From Iphione sp. A-MEVVRFRX5 (Eukaryota), in contig OZ320319.1 in the NCBI GenBank assembly GCA_976226885.1, positions 66,898,001 to 66,962,000 of the forward strand: a stretch of 64,000 bases of DNA, given 5' to 3'. The position numbers were made by a program, and so were the translations under genes. This document shows, piece by piece, positions 25,392 through 39,116 of this stretch. The notes under the pieces were generated by a model. That model saw only the letters and a list, made by a program, of their open reading frames with translations, was not told where the DNA came from and ran no database searches. Position 1 is the stretch's first letter, and each line of letters starts with the position of its first letter.

Positions 25392-25501
25392 AAAAAGCAT
25401 CCAACAGCCTTTATAGCTTTATAACATGTGATTTAGTAACAGATAGCATAGCTTGCTTTATATTTGATATCACCTGTTACAATAACACCCCCAATATCAC
25501 A

Positions 25502-25539
25502 GAAGTGAAGGAAACACGACGAAGTGAAGGAAACACGAC
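25502..25539. repeat. Perfect 19-bp tandem duplication gaagtgaaggaaacacgac x2
   Basis: Directly visible. Confidence 0.95.
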
Positions 25540-28500
25540 CAGTTTAAGTATTTAGCTATTCCGACAACGAGGTTAACTGTGGTTTAAACTGTGCTGATGG
25601 ACCTTATTAACGGCGCTGCCATTGTATGCCTGTGAACCGTCTGGCGAAGTGTAATGTGAACTCTTTAACTTCTCACGTTAGCCTACTACAGAGACTCACA
25701 CGTTTGTTACTGGGGGAGATCAAGGCGATTCTCGCCTAATCTCCGTGTCATCCTCGTTCGGCAAGGATAAGAAATGATGCTCCACCCACACACATTCCAT
25801 TTTCAGCCGGGGTAGCAACCGCACGTGATACTCTGAAGGGAACATTAATTAAATAAATTCGACCGTCATGATCACGTCTGTTTCCATGCATCCATATCAA
25901 AAACGAAATAGCGAAAGGAATTACTCGATGGAAAAAAGAAAGGGACAATACAGCAATAAATAAACTTTGTGAATGGGCAATAAAGAACCTCAAAAAATAA
26001 GATACGTGGGCATCCTATGACACAAAAAGAAGTATCAATTCCTGAGAATAATAACGGGAAAACCACTGAAATCAAAAGAGTAGAAATGATTTTACGTCCA
26101 GAATCTCTACACCTTCGTATAAATATGTGTGAAATTATTGTCTCCACTTACAAGTGAGGTGCAAATATACGGACCACGATAAATTAAATACCGCTTCCGG
26201 TGATTTTTTTTCTTTGATTCAGTTTAAATAAAGAGAAGACGAACTGATTTTCTCCAGGTACTACTATTGGCATAAAGCACATTTAGATGATCAAAACAGA
26301 GCTTTCACCATGATACTTTGACATTTATATAGATTTCTACTGTTAAATGCAGAGTTCATGCAACAAAGGGACAGTGTAAGCTACATGATGTCTGAGATAT
26401 TTATACTCATAGAGGGAAGCACTTCCTTTGAAGCGTATACAGAACGCAGTGACAATGCCGGCACTACGGCAGCTAAGAAGAAGCCGGGCTCTGGCATTTG
26501 CTATAGAATGCTTAGTGCCTGTGATGGTCGAGGATTACTAACACAATGAGACACATAGATGACTATAAAATTTGATATTGGGTGTAAAGCGCAAACAATC
26601 GGAATGGTTTTTTTTTCACGTTTAGCCTCCTCTGTACACAAACGTAGACAATATCACTGAAATAACAGAGCATCTGGCAGTGCGCATCATAGGGAATTCA
26701 ATATTGGTACTGACAAGGCTATTAAAGAATATCTAATGTAAACGAGGACTGCTTTGACATCACCAGCTTTGATGTAACGTCTTCAACGTGTCAGCAAATC
26801 TTAAGAAGAAAGAAGCTTCAGGAAAGGCCATGTTGACACTCTTATCTATTGAACATATGGATCCGTAAAGGTCAAACAAGAGATTCTATACTGCCGTGTA
26901 GTCTACACTTTACGCACTGCAGTATGTTGATTTTGTTCAGAGGAAGATGACTCGATTCATACTAAAAACACGTTTCCTCTGGTATTGACCGATACCCACG
27001 TGTATGTGACAATAACATAATATTTTGTTGTGAATTTTTCTACACATAACAAATGTAAGTGGTTGAGCATGATCCTGAAAAACACGGCTTCACATTACCA
27101 CCACAATGAGTCCGTCCTGCCGATACTGGCGTTAATGTTGTCATGATTCGGGGAGACGGTGCCATCCTATTGTTCTCCATCTCTAGGGGACATCGGCGGA
27201 AACACCAGTAGGTAAGAGGCGGGACAAGAGGCCCACTGGAGCAGCTGCCCTTAGCAGCTTTAGTCGAGCTGCTCATGTGGATGTCAGGTCCAGACGACGA
27301 GCTCACACAGAAGGAGCTGCTCACAAAGGGCTCTCTGAGAGAGATGTTAAGGGCAGATGATCACAGGATAAGGACAGCGAAAGACGCTGTAGGGAAATAG
27401 CAAATTATCCTTGTCAGAAACCAACAAAATATAGACGACAAGAATTCGATTTAAAATGTTCTTTTTTAAATACGTATAAATAAACGGATATAGAAGCTCC
27501 TACTGATTCATACAGATAAAACGATGGATAGGTAAAGAGAATTTTTATGGAGCCTAGACGCTAAATGACCTCCTCCATCATAGAAACCTCCGAGAGCAAA
27601 GCCACCCATGATAAGGACCACCTTAGTGTTCAGCTTCGGATAAAAGGGGCAACCATACATTACGGCTGGAAGCCATGGGTAATATTTAATCTCACGAGCA
27701 GAAAAAAGATCGATGTCGTAAACATAACATGATAAATATGAAGGGGTGATTTTAAAAAAAGCACCGGCGGTAGGTAATATGAAGCTCAGTATGGCATAAA
27801 AGCAATCATTCAAGACGGAGGAGGACGTCTATTTCGAAGACAATATACCGTGAGTAAAGCTCCGTTCACCAGAAAACCATGCAATGCAATAAGATTTTTC
27901 CAACAGAGCACAGGACAAGATTCGTTATATCAGACCACTTCAAATGTACAGATATTTGCAAAAGCTCGAGGCTATCTACAAAATCCATATATAGTCTCAG
28001 TTGCGAGGGAATCGTCTTTGATAAGGCCGCAGGTGGAGCTGGTATATTACGACGCTAATTGGCATGACGACAATTAAGCTGACGTTCGTCGTCTGGCTGA
28101 ACAGGACAGGCCTGAACCCAGGCCCCGTCCGGCTGACTGTCACCCACAGTAAACAGGTTCAGCGGGGCAAGCTGCAGCAGAAGCCTGTCCCATTCTGACA
28201 CTTAACCTCTCGCTCTTGAATACGACTGGTTATGAATTAAATAACGGAAGACACTCGAAGATGGCAGATAATAAGGAGACAGTTTTTTTCTTAGTTCGGT
28301 GACTTGAAGATCTTCGTAACAAGCTGCTATAAACACTTACTTTTCGGTAGTTTTCCACTCATGTATAAATAATGACTTCTTATGGAGGCATTCTGTACCT
28401 GATGAATAATGTCCCTTAGCCACCCGCTTTCCGCAATTTGGGAATATTTAAAGCACTATAACACTAAGAAATGGACAAATACTGATATACATGTACATGT

Positions 28501-28677
28501 AGTAAATTATGATTTCCCTGTGGTGTTTGGAAACTTTAGTAAGATAAGCAAAGCTATATTTGCCCACTGTCTTCTGTGTGTAGTCAAAATACTTGACGAT
28601 GACCTGAGGCAAAAAGGAGAAAACAAATAGAAAGGAGTTTGTTTATTCAGGTTTTACATTTGAAAGTAATACACCCT

Positions 28678-28920
28678 CACTTCCGAGGGAAATGAAATGA
28701 GAGCAACCTCTGCTCAGGCGGTGGAACCAATTTTTGCCGCAACGCTATACTTTGTTGTCACAGGCGACACTGTCATGGCCATGCCCTTCATGTTCGTAAA
28801 GCAGGCGGAAATGTCGCACGATATAAAGGAAAAGCCGCAGCCGCCATATTAGCCGCCCTACTCACGTGGTCAGTGCGCACCTGCAATGGCCTCCCACCGG
28901 AAGTCTGTCGACTCACGTGA
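28678..28920. promoter_or_regulatory. Housekeeping-promoter-like motif cluster (YY1, ETS x2, E-box x2)
   Basis: GCCGCCATATT (YY1, 28840-50), CCGGAAGT (28897-904), CACTTCCG (28678-85), CACGTG (28863-68) and TCACGTGA (28913-20) occur in a CpG-rich patch. Function is inferred from motifs only. Confidence 0.4.
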
Positions 28921-31900
28921 TAAGGTGGGCGCACAATTACGCTCTTGTCGACCAGAGGATAGATGGGAGTGACACTCCTTAATAACACGACAAGGATGCC
29001 AGTCCAAGCCGTATCTTTACAGAGGATGTGTTTCCTTAATGCTAAAGGGGCAAATTATATGTCTGCTGTGATACGATATACCCAGAGGGATGAGCAAATA
29101 GTCCGCCCCCTTTCCTCAGGGATCCAATCAGCATCATCTGTTAATAACTGGGATGCGTTAATTCCAACTTGCAGATTTTATATGCAGTTGATTCAACAAA
29201 GAAACCTGTGTCTGACAAAAGAGCTTTAGTGAAGCATATCCGCCAATCTTTTCTTTTGTCTGTTTTTCCTTTTTTCGTAATACCCACGACTATTCTCATT
29301 GGTGCATCACCAAATACCATTCCAACATACGTTTACACTTTCATTCGGTCTCCAATGTCATGATGTCATGCATTACATTGTAAGCTTTCCAGAAACTTTG
29401 TGATGGCTGGGCATTCCGTCAATATAAAACTCTGTAAAAGTCAGATTTGTTGCAAAGGCTGTTTCTTGTGTCTACCCTCTTAGGAAAAGCTCACGTGCTT
29501 CTGTGTTATTACAGTGATCTTTATTTCCGTTTTCGAAAGATGACTGCAGAAGCTCGAATGGGAAGTTATTTGTTCTAACTTTTCTCTCGATGCTGACGTT
29601 TCTGTGTGCTCCTTGAACGTGCAGTGAAAAAAAAGTTTATTTTCATGTAATTGGACCATATCTCTAGGTTTAATCTCTTCATGTGACGGACGTGTATGTG
29701 ATAAACCTCCCTGGAATTGATACAGTTCAGTTTTTTTTAAATGATTGTTTTCCCGATGGTAGTTCCTAAACGATATAATGCTTGCAGTAAACGTTACGAC
29801 TAGTATTTCCAACCAGATATTTTTACCATTTGGCTCATACTTGTAACCTTAATAATGACAAAACGTGTATGATTCTTTTTACTGAATGCAGTCTCATTCA
29901 TTAAGGAAAATGGTCAGGACATACCACATTGAATACTTTCCTTCGCATTGTTCCGGGAAATATTCGTTGCATTGTATGTGACGGGCTTGCCTGTAATATA
30001 TTCCTTAGATAAGAAATGTCGTTTTGAGGGTTACTGTCGCGGTTGACGTGTTTGAAATATGGCTGACCTTAAATGTTTAGCTTTATTGGAACCATTTATC
30101 AACTTTGTTTCCATTAGTCTAGAACAGGTTTAATCAGCGTATCCACCAGAATCCGACCGGTGCTGTGTCATACATTCATAAAGTCATAAATCCGTTTTTT
30201 TAATGTCAGACTGCTAGTACAGTGGCCAGGCTGGAAGCGTTTCTCCGCACCTGTACCCGCAAGCCAGTCCTGGTCAACACACGGGGAGATGAAGGCTGGG
30301 TGGCTTGAAGGAGTAGCTCTTGGTTCTTTCCGAACGCCGTCTCGCAGGTGGAACCCAGCCTGGAGGGCCCCTTGAAATGCTGCAAACTGCTCCTCTGTCG
30401 GGCTCCCCGAGCTGCTCACTGATCGAAGGCGCTCCTTATGTCTTCTTCTCAAAGCCCGGCGCCTCTGAAGTTGTGTAGTGAGGGAGCGTTTCTTTGCGGA
30501 TCGTTCCCTTGTTTTTGATTTCTTGGTTCAGGCTTTGGCTACGCATCGAGCCGTATTCCAGACTTCTATTTGGTTGAGGATAATTGTATTCGAGCTTATT
30601 AAAGGCTGCGTAACATAATAGTTTCTTTTAAGATTTGCAGTCTAGGCTGAGTTAATTATATGAAGTCTTACATTTAAGGGAATCCACTGAGGTCATTAAA
30701 AAGGACTTTCTTTACCCAAAAGAACTCAGAAATAGAAAGAGATATTTTTTTCGCAGAGGAGACACTGCCTTAAAAGAAATTTTTAGTAAGGCATGGATGT
30801 CTATCAGTTATCCCTGACATATTAGCCAGACCTATTGCCTGAAGGCTAGACGATGTCCGACTCCTCTGCTTGCTCCTCCATTACTGCTGCCAAAGGCCAA
30901 GCCTACATCAGTTTACTTGGATACAAAGAATTCGTAAAACGCCCCAAAATAGTCGTGCCACTGTTACCATGCTGTAGTGTGCACAAAAGCTAAGTGGAAT
31001 GATATCTGCTCTTCGAGGAAACACTGAATTGGATAGGAATAGTACAGGGAGACCGTCAGGGAATCCAGACCATGCTTGGCACTGGGCATATTTGCCTTTA
31101 TGTACTGGTTGCTCTGCTATCTGAGTGATACTTGTAGAGATTGGTCCATTGGGAGTGGTCAATGCATGTAAATTGTATTTGCTAAGCTCATATAACGTAT
31201 ATTCAATACATCAGCTCAGGGAGATAAATAGATCGTTGTTGATACTAATTATCAGAATCCTGGTTTGTAATATTGCGGAAATGTCGGAATGACTATCCTC
31301 TCTTTGCTATAGCACTTCACTTCCCTTGTTTTCCAATTTCCAGATAGTAATGCGAGCTATCCGCCCGTGTTTGCTCTGATAGACGGGTGGTTGAGTTTTC
31401 TATGCATTTCTTGCAGACTTCATATCGTATTCTGGCAGGTTTAGTGATAATTTATTCGTCGTACTAAATGTCTTAACCTGCACATGTTCTGAACGAAGTA
31501 ATACATATAAAAAAATCTTGTGATTGTGGACTCCTTTTTGGTAAGGTTATTCTTATTCCATGAATAATGCCAAATTTTTGGACAGCTCATATTCACGGGC
31601 AAGTTTTATCCGAATAAAGGGCAATTCGTTCTTTGCTTTAAATACCACATTCCCTCACTGATATGATATATGTAATATAGAGATACTGTGAAACGATCCT
31701 AAAAGAGTAAAATCTTTATGAAACGCCCACCTGGTGCTCATCGATAATATAGCCGTTGTATGTGTGTATGGGGGGCGTGTCTATATTGAATTATAGAATT
31801 AATTATGGCGTCTTTTAAAATGAACAGATTAAATGGAAGTTGTTGTGTTCAGTTTGTGACTAACGTACGGGTTTGTATTCGATGGTAATAATGGAAAGGT

Positions 31901-34030
31901 TAATAATGTCCTCTTTTACTTTACTATCGACAGCTGTTTATCTTTAATGCAAGTTATGTGCAAGAGGGTGTTGCTTTATTAGCTTTCGCTGTAGGGAGGC
32001 CTTCTGCTAATCGCTGAAGTCAGAGTGTCACAATTGATCGTATTCTTTGTGGGAGATTGTCCCTGTCATATACATCTCGGATTCGTGGAGTCATAGACTG
32101 AGGTTATTACTGTATATGCTTCTGAAGTACGTTTCTTTCACGAGACGCTCAACAACACTCATCAGCCCTTATAATAATTATGCATAGTGTCATTTAATAT
32201 TATAAAAAACAAAAATGGGTGGGTGCTTCGACCCTAGCAGCTGGATGTGGTCTCATGACAAAGGAAATGCACGAGCAGACGATTTTCGTCTCATCAAAGC
32301 ATTGTTCTGGCGAGTACGGTAAATACATGGGACATCAAATCGGTCCAAAACAGTTGAACAAATCTCCGATTCATCGTGTAAATACTGAACGACTAACGGC
32401 ACTGGCTTCGCGCCCCGGTGAAAAGATGCCCGCCTATCAGGTCGATAAAGGAGGAAAACCGGAAGCCGGTGCCCCTAGTCCTCAGTATTGGATGGAGCGG
32501 GACCGCTCCAGTAATCATCGTAATGGTGGCGACGGCTTAGCTGTCACATTTACATAATGAAGTGTATCAATCATTGTCTCGCTCATATCCCTTTTGCTGG
32601 ATTCTTTCTCATTTCTTGCATTAAAACCTTGTCGAGAATAACCCGCACCCTGCCCGAGAGGATATCCGTCCGTCTCAGGCGCCCGCTTTGCTTAGATTGG
32701 GGTGACGGGCGGCCAGAGACCGGGCGAGGGCTTTTTAGCGAGAGAGCGAGAGAGAGAGGGAGTGAAGGGCGCAATAACAATAAACCATCGACAATAGGGA
32801 GGCTTTTGGTAAAAGAGCCACCAGAAGCGAATGTAAGGAAATGATGATGCCGAGAGAATAAAGAAGGCAACCCGTTTACATGGCCGTCGTAACCCAAACT
32901 GTCAATGGCAAGAGGACAATACCGGACGAATATCTCGCCAATTTGATCAGTGCCAACTTCTCTGTATGGTACACATATACGCGTATATCAATGATGATTT
33001 GATGAAGACTGATTTCGGTGAGTTTTTTTTTACTGTATCTGGTGACTAATGCTATTGATAATGTAGTGCGGCTCTAATTTTATCCCCTCAGTGATTAGCA
33101 TGGCATATGCGGATTATAACGCAGAAGAGGCCTCTCCTAGGAAACGGCTCAGATGCCTTACAGAGTAGATTAGGAAGTATAATCTCCAGTCTCGCAGAAG
33201 TGCCTACAGAGATGGGTAGAATACAAACTAGAAAGTATTGGCCAATCGCTAAAGGCTGAGACCTCGAGTTAGATGAAGGTGCCGTTTATAACGGGAATGA
33301 AACATCATGAAAAACAATGTGGATTGACGTCGACTCCACATGTCATAAAGTAGCTCATCCAAACGAAAATTGCAATGTACCTGACAGGAAAAGGGCGAGG
33401 TCAATGCTGAAATGTTTGAGAATATGACCTACGTCGATATATCTAAAACAGTTGAACTGACAAGCGTGAACCAATGCGATAGGAAATTTAGCAATTGATA
33501 AAATCATCCATCCTAGATAGAAGTATATTTCTAAGATGAAAATGCGTACGTCAGTTTGAGAACAGTGATATCTACGTAATTTTTACGCAGGCGTCAGAAC
33601 AAATAGCACCATGCCCCACGAAACCTCTTTCACCTTATTGGACATGCAGCACTTCAGACAATTCAAATATTTAGGGTGCTAGGTGCTAGGATTAGTTGAG
33701 GTAAAACCCAGAGGCGATGTATCAGAGGCCGCTGTGTAGCGGCAAGGGGTCATACATAACGAATGGGACCACTTGGGTGGATCCTGAGGTCCATTACAAT
33801 TAACCTCATCACGGCTTTAATCATCTGCGGACAACCTACTCGGTATATGTAAATCGATTTAGTTTCGAAACGAATTTAAATGGAAAGATGAATTAACAAT
33901 TACTATATGATAGGACGCCCTCTCTACTGTGCGTGTATACATACATACGAAAACAGGCAAATGACCTATCACTTACAGCTACACAGGGAGGAAAACCACA
34001 TAGACGTATCTGTATTTCCTGGATTGGGTG

Positions 34031-35708
34031 TTAAAATTGACCAACAATGTATTGCAAATGAATTAAATAATCATTTTGCAACAATAGGGGAGAAAACAGA
34101 TTCTGAAATTATCAAGACAAAGATGTATCAAACGAAAAGTATAAATTATAGAGAGAAATTTTACTTTAGAAAGGTTGATGGTTGGACGGTAGTCAATATA
34201 ATAACTGCAATGCCAACAAATAAGTCCACATCAATTGAGTTTCTACCAATGTTCCTACTGAAACAATTCAAAGAAGTTTTTGGTAAATACATAACTGAGC
34301 TAATTAATAAATGTATTGCTACCAATGTTATACCGCGCAATGTAAAAATTCCCAGAATAACACCATTATATAAGGGTGGAAACTCTAATCTTATGGACAA
34401 CTATAGACCGATATCTGTTCAAAATGTATTCCACAAATTAATTGAAAAGGTTTTAAAATATCAAATGGTGGAGTATCTAGAAATGAATGAACTGTTTTAT
34501 AAATTGCAAGGAGGTTATAGAGTAAATAGATCTACAATGGATATTTTGAGTAATATGACTGATCACATAAAAAATTTGATGTCTAACAAAGAAACTTGTA
34601 TTGCTTGTTTTTTGGATCTAAGAAAAGCTTTTGACACTGTAGATCATATGATCTTGATAAAGAAATTAAAATTGTATGACTTTTCTGAGGAAGCAATTGC
34701 ATTAATATCGAATTATTTATCGGGTAGAGAGCAATATACCCTGAATGGAAAGTTTAAATCGAATAGGGCAATAGTATCAAAGGGAGTACCACAGGGCTCT
34801 GTAATGGGGCCGATTTTATTCAGTATGTATGTAAATGATTTACCTAAATGTATTGAAGGCATTGGAAAAGTATATATGTTTACTGATGATACAGTAATTG
34901 TAACAAACAATATAGATCCTAATGCAGCAGTTGCTAATATGAATTTGGCATTGAATAAAATAAAGGAATGGTTACAACATCATAGATTACAATTGAATAT
35001 AAAGAAGACTCAATATATGGTTTTTACTAACAAAGACAAGAATGTTAAAGCAAATATGGAAAAAGTATATATTGATGGAAAGGAACTAGATAGGGTTCAC
35101 GTTTATAAATATCTGGGTCTATGGTTAGATGAAAAATTCGATTTCAATATCCATACGAAGGAATTGGTTAAGAAATTATCTAAATCTGGATCATGCCTAA
35201 CAAGAATGAAACCCATGTTAAACCAACAACAGCTTTTATTACTATATAAATGACAATATCTCCTATATCTGACTATATGGATTTGGTCTGGTGTAAGTCT
35301 AGTAAAATGAACGCTAATAAAGTGCTAATAACATAGAACAAGTTACTAAAGAATCTATTCCATATGGACAGATTTACTAATACACAATATGTGTTCAAGA
35401 GTTTAGGAATATTAAATGTCATACAAAGAACACAACTACATATTCTAACAAGAGGATATAGAGCAATTAGAAAAATGTTACCTGATTTTGAACAAGAAAG
35501 GTATCAGCAAAAGGATCTTGATTTAAACTTGAGGAATAATAATAAGTTAAGTTTTACAATCACAAAGTACAAACATGCACTTCAATGTAAAATGACTTCA
35601 AATATTGTGGCAATGTCTTGGAACAATTGTCAATTTCCAATAGACGATGGTCTAGAAATCAAAGACTTCAAAAAAGGAACAGCAAGGTTTATTTTTGATA
35701 ATGGTTAG
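34031..35708 (+). pseudogene. Disrupted ORF2 reverse transcriptase of the LINE
   Basis: The frame is open to 35253, then there is a frameshift/stop. The continuation DLVWCKSSKMNANKVLIT*NKLLKNLFHMDRFTNTQY has an in-frame TAG. The N-terminal ~40 aa of the track ORF (from 33907) are probably flanking sequence. The endonuclease domain is absent. Confidence 0.85.
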
Positions 35709-35710
35709 AA

Positions 35711-35770
35711 GATCGGATCATAAATTGTAACTAACAACAAGATTGGATCATAAATTGTAACTAACAACAA
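35711..35770. repeat. 30-bp tandem duplication in the LINE 3' UTR
   Basis: gat(c/t)ggatcataaattgtaactaacaacaa x2, one mismatch. Confidence 0.95.
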
Positions 35771-38700
35771 TATGCATATACATATGCATGTACATAGGAA
35801 AAGCGAATGTATGTTCGATTATATATATGTTGCATTCAGAAATAAATAAATAAATAAATAAATAGACAACGTTGTTTACCGACAGAATTATAGTTTTGAA
35901 TAGTCACTGGTATTATCAGAACAACCTCGCATTTTCTTTACGTTATATGTTCTCCGACGGTACGTTGAGAAGAAAGACTTGGCCCCTCTGTTAGGGTTAT
36001 GAGTGCTTGCCAGAGCATAATTATGTGGCTAGATTCAGCCTAAAACTATCAGTCTTAAAGGTATTACCTGAGAAACTTGGTCCGTTTATTCATTGGGAAA
36101 AAATGATTTAAAAACCTATATAATATGATCATAATTCATATCGATCATGCTGCCCATGTAGCATTAGAAAATATTCTATTCACTTTATTGATTTTCGGGT
36201 CACTAGAGATATTTATTGAGATAAAGTGATTCTTTCTGGTTTTTCCACTCCGGTAATCCCAGTCGTAGCAGGCAAGCCAGGCACGATGCCATAGAACGTT
36301 GATTTAAGACCACGGCGTGCAGTGTCCAAAGGGGATTATTAGAACGCATTGTTTCCTGTTCAAGGTCCTGTATCAGCCGATCATGGGAAGATTCGATAAG
36401 AAAGCCAACACAGTAAGAGGAGTAGGTCCTCTTTGCCGTTCGACAGGCAGGAAGTGGATTGTCTTACGAGGTAGTTTTTTTGGAGAGGTTAAAATACCAA
36501 ACCCGCATGGTATATAATTCGTGGATATTCTCGAGTTGAACTCGCAGATTTACTCTCAGTCATCACCATTCAAGAAGCTGTGCGATACTTACCTATCGCA
36601 TTCAGAACTGAACCTATAAATATATAAAGCACTCTTAAGATTGCATAAAGCTTTGTGGATTTCTTGAGATAACTAGCCCATGCAGTTGACCGACCGCGTG
36701 TAACTTTGAAACGTTCTCTTTCACAGTGTCATCATGAGGTATGTTTGACCCTGACGAGTTATTCTACATCCGCAAATGTTTTGTTTGTGCGAAATGTGCT
36801 AATATAATCATTTTGGGGATAAAAAAGAGAGGTGTGGAGATGAGCGCGGAACTCAAAGGGAACACAAGAACGAGGACTTTTTTTTAATGCGGCTTTCAGG
36901 AATGTGACAAATCAATGTAAGAGGCAGCAGAAAGACACTCGTAAACATCGTCCCGATAATAGTAAAGATAATTATTTGCCTTTTTCAATTGATGTAGTTT
37001 GAATTCCGAAATATGACTATATTTCTATTGCGAGCAATACCGTCTGTCAGAGAGATACCTATCCAAAATTAAGATCCAATAGGTCAAAGGTTCTAAACCT
37101 GTTTTGACTGTGACCCAACTTACATCTTCCCGCTAGCCCATTTTACAATTCTTACATAATAAACATGTATACATAACTTCATTATAATACAGGATATCAC
37201 CCCCAACAATACGACACTTTACCGGGGGAAATTTTAAATGATTGTTCATCTAGTAGTCTCATTGGATCCCTCTGGACTCACTCTAAATGGCCTGGCGACA
37301 CAAGTTTGGATCACTATCCAGCGGTAAAGAACGCCTGTTATAATTTGACACCCTTGGCTGTTCCAATACTAAAAGCCCGAGAGCATAAATGTCCCAACAT
37401 AATCTCTTCAGGACAAGGTGTCTTTTAATACTCCCCATATGTGCGTAGGAAGTCGAGTACACAAAACTACAGCTCACAGCTTTGCTTTAATATAATAAGC
37501 GACCTTGTGGGAGATGTATTTACGAAGGGATATTGGATGGCGATATCTGGTCGAATTTTATTGGAACTGCTAATTTCCGGTGAACATAAAACAAGCTAAT
37601 TAAGCAAACAGCCCGAGCGAAACTAGGAAATAAGAGTCGACATATCGAGAAGAGATTAAACGATCGATACTTTTCGGCTTCTACTCCGTATTTCCCCCCC
37701 TTTATTGACATTCGGCTCTACTCCAAAAACATGGGCGACAAGGTTTGATAGCTTGGACACGCGTATCAAATTGCTGGAAACCTACCACCGTTTAACCTAA
37801 TATGATTCTGCAGCGGTTTTCACGCAGGTGGTACATTTTATCCAATCATACCTCGCCGGCTGCTTCCCCTCCAGCTGCCAAAGACAGAGGGCCGGCTGTT
37901 TTAATGCTGTGTCGTGCAGAATTTGCCCTGGGGTGTTTGGAGTGTTATCCGTTCATGCCACTTCCATCTTAGTGATGCTATCAAATGCGTCACCATTTGC
38001 ATTCCATCTTCCCCGCGTTTCTTTGCGGATTTATGTTCCCGGTCATCAACCTCAACTAGACAGTTCTGATTCAAAACCTCGACAATGTATTCATGATCGC
38101 TTGGCGAAACTTCCCCACTTTCGGGCATGTCTCGATGAGACTGTCATGGCATGTGTTCCCGTGCTTACCGCACGACAGAACGAACGTTTTAAGGAAAATC
38201 ATATGGCTCATTCCACAGCAATTCTAACCCACAATTCGTTCAACGCCATTAAATGCATCGCCTGTTGTATTTCAGGTGGATTGAGAACATGGGATTTCTG
38301 TTCCATGTGCGCACTAGCCCCCGAGTGTGCTTATTGGCGAGAAATACCCTCCGATTTTAATTGATACCGTCATCAGGATACTTATTTTCATTTTCTTTAT
38401 TTATACTGGTAATATCTATACATTCATAAGTATTTGTAGCCTAGCTTGCTTGAATGCAGTGCCAGTATTATCATTATAAGCTACATCTGCCCTGGGGAAA
38501 TTGATGCCATCCCAAACGAAATATTCAGTCGTCCTTTACGGCGTTACTGCAGCTATGATAGAGACTGAAGACTTGCCTCTGTGACCAACAGATGTAAATC
38601 CTGCAATCTGAACAAATTGCTATGGAATAACTCCAGGAAGTATTCATATATAACTCGAGAGTCAACGAATGGTGCTTCCTTGTTTTCGTTGGGCAGGAAT

Positions 38701-39116
38701 TAATACCTGTGATTGTTAGGTCTCAAAACCAATACTTTTATTAGCATAGATGTCAGGCGGGTAGTGCTGGCTGGTTGGGAAAGAAAGTATGTGTTATTGG
38801 TAATCCTTGACACTCTTTATTTAAAAAGTGATTGGTTGTTTTTAATTTCGTGACGGTTCTCCTACATACCCTTCCTTCTAAATGTTCGTTCAACCACGCG
38901 TGTAGCGACCGAGATTCTTTGGAATACGTGCGAGAAGACCTATACATGTATACACAAACGTATCTATTAACATACATAAACATACACGTGCTACTGGCAA
39001 CGATGCCGAGCAGTTAGACCGGGAGTCCGTTTGAGTGTTTCATCGCGTGATAAACAAGTGATCGATCGAGAGCCAGGCTAGAAGAATTGTGGGCGACGAC
39101 ATGGGGAGGTTAGTGC

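Larger units (their letters stand above)
34031..35864 (+). mobile_element. 5'-truncated CR1/L2-group LINE (Crack/Daphne/L2-like)
   Basis: RT motifs: IANELNNHFATIG, PLYKGG, NYRPIS, QGGYR, FLDLRKAFDTVDH, GVPQGSVMGPILF, MFTDD, YKYLGLWLD. A 3' stem gaatgta/tgcattc (35805-11/35831-37) lies just before a (TAAA)6 tail (35840-64). The 5' boundary is approximate and no clear TSD was found. Confidence 0.92.

Noticed and set aside
32798-32820. Histone stem-loop-like sequence on the minus strand
   Set aside because: It is 19 nt rather than the 16-nt 6-4-6 geometry, and no histone ORF is present.
33180-33260. LRR-like SLAEVPTEMGRI
   Set aside because: A single partial repeat lacking the LxLxxN half, followed by a stop.
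36593-36738. Micro-exon candidates on opposite strands (36593-36613 minus; 36727-36738 plus)
   Set aside because: The splice consensus is good, but they are too short to separate from chance, and their strands conflict.
37800-37900. PHD-finger-like DWIKCTTC on the minus strand
   Set aside because: The following WxHxxC and the upstream CxxC are missing.
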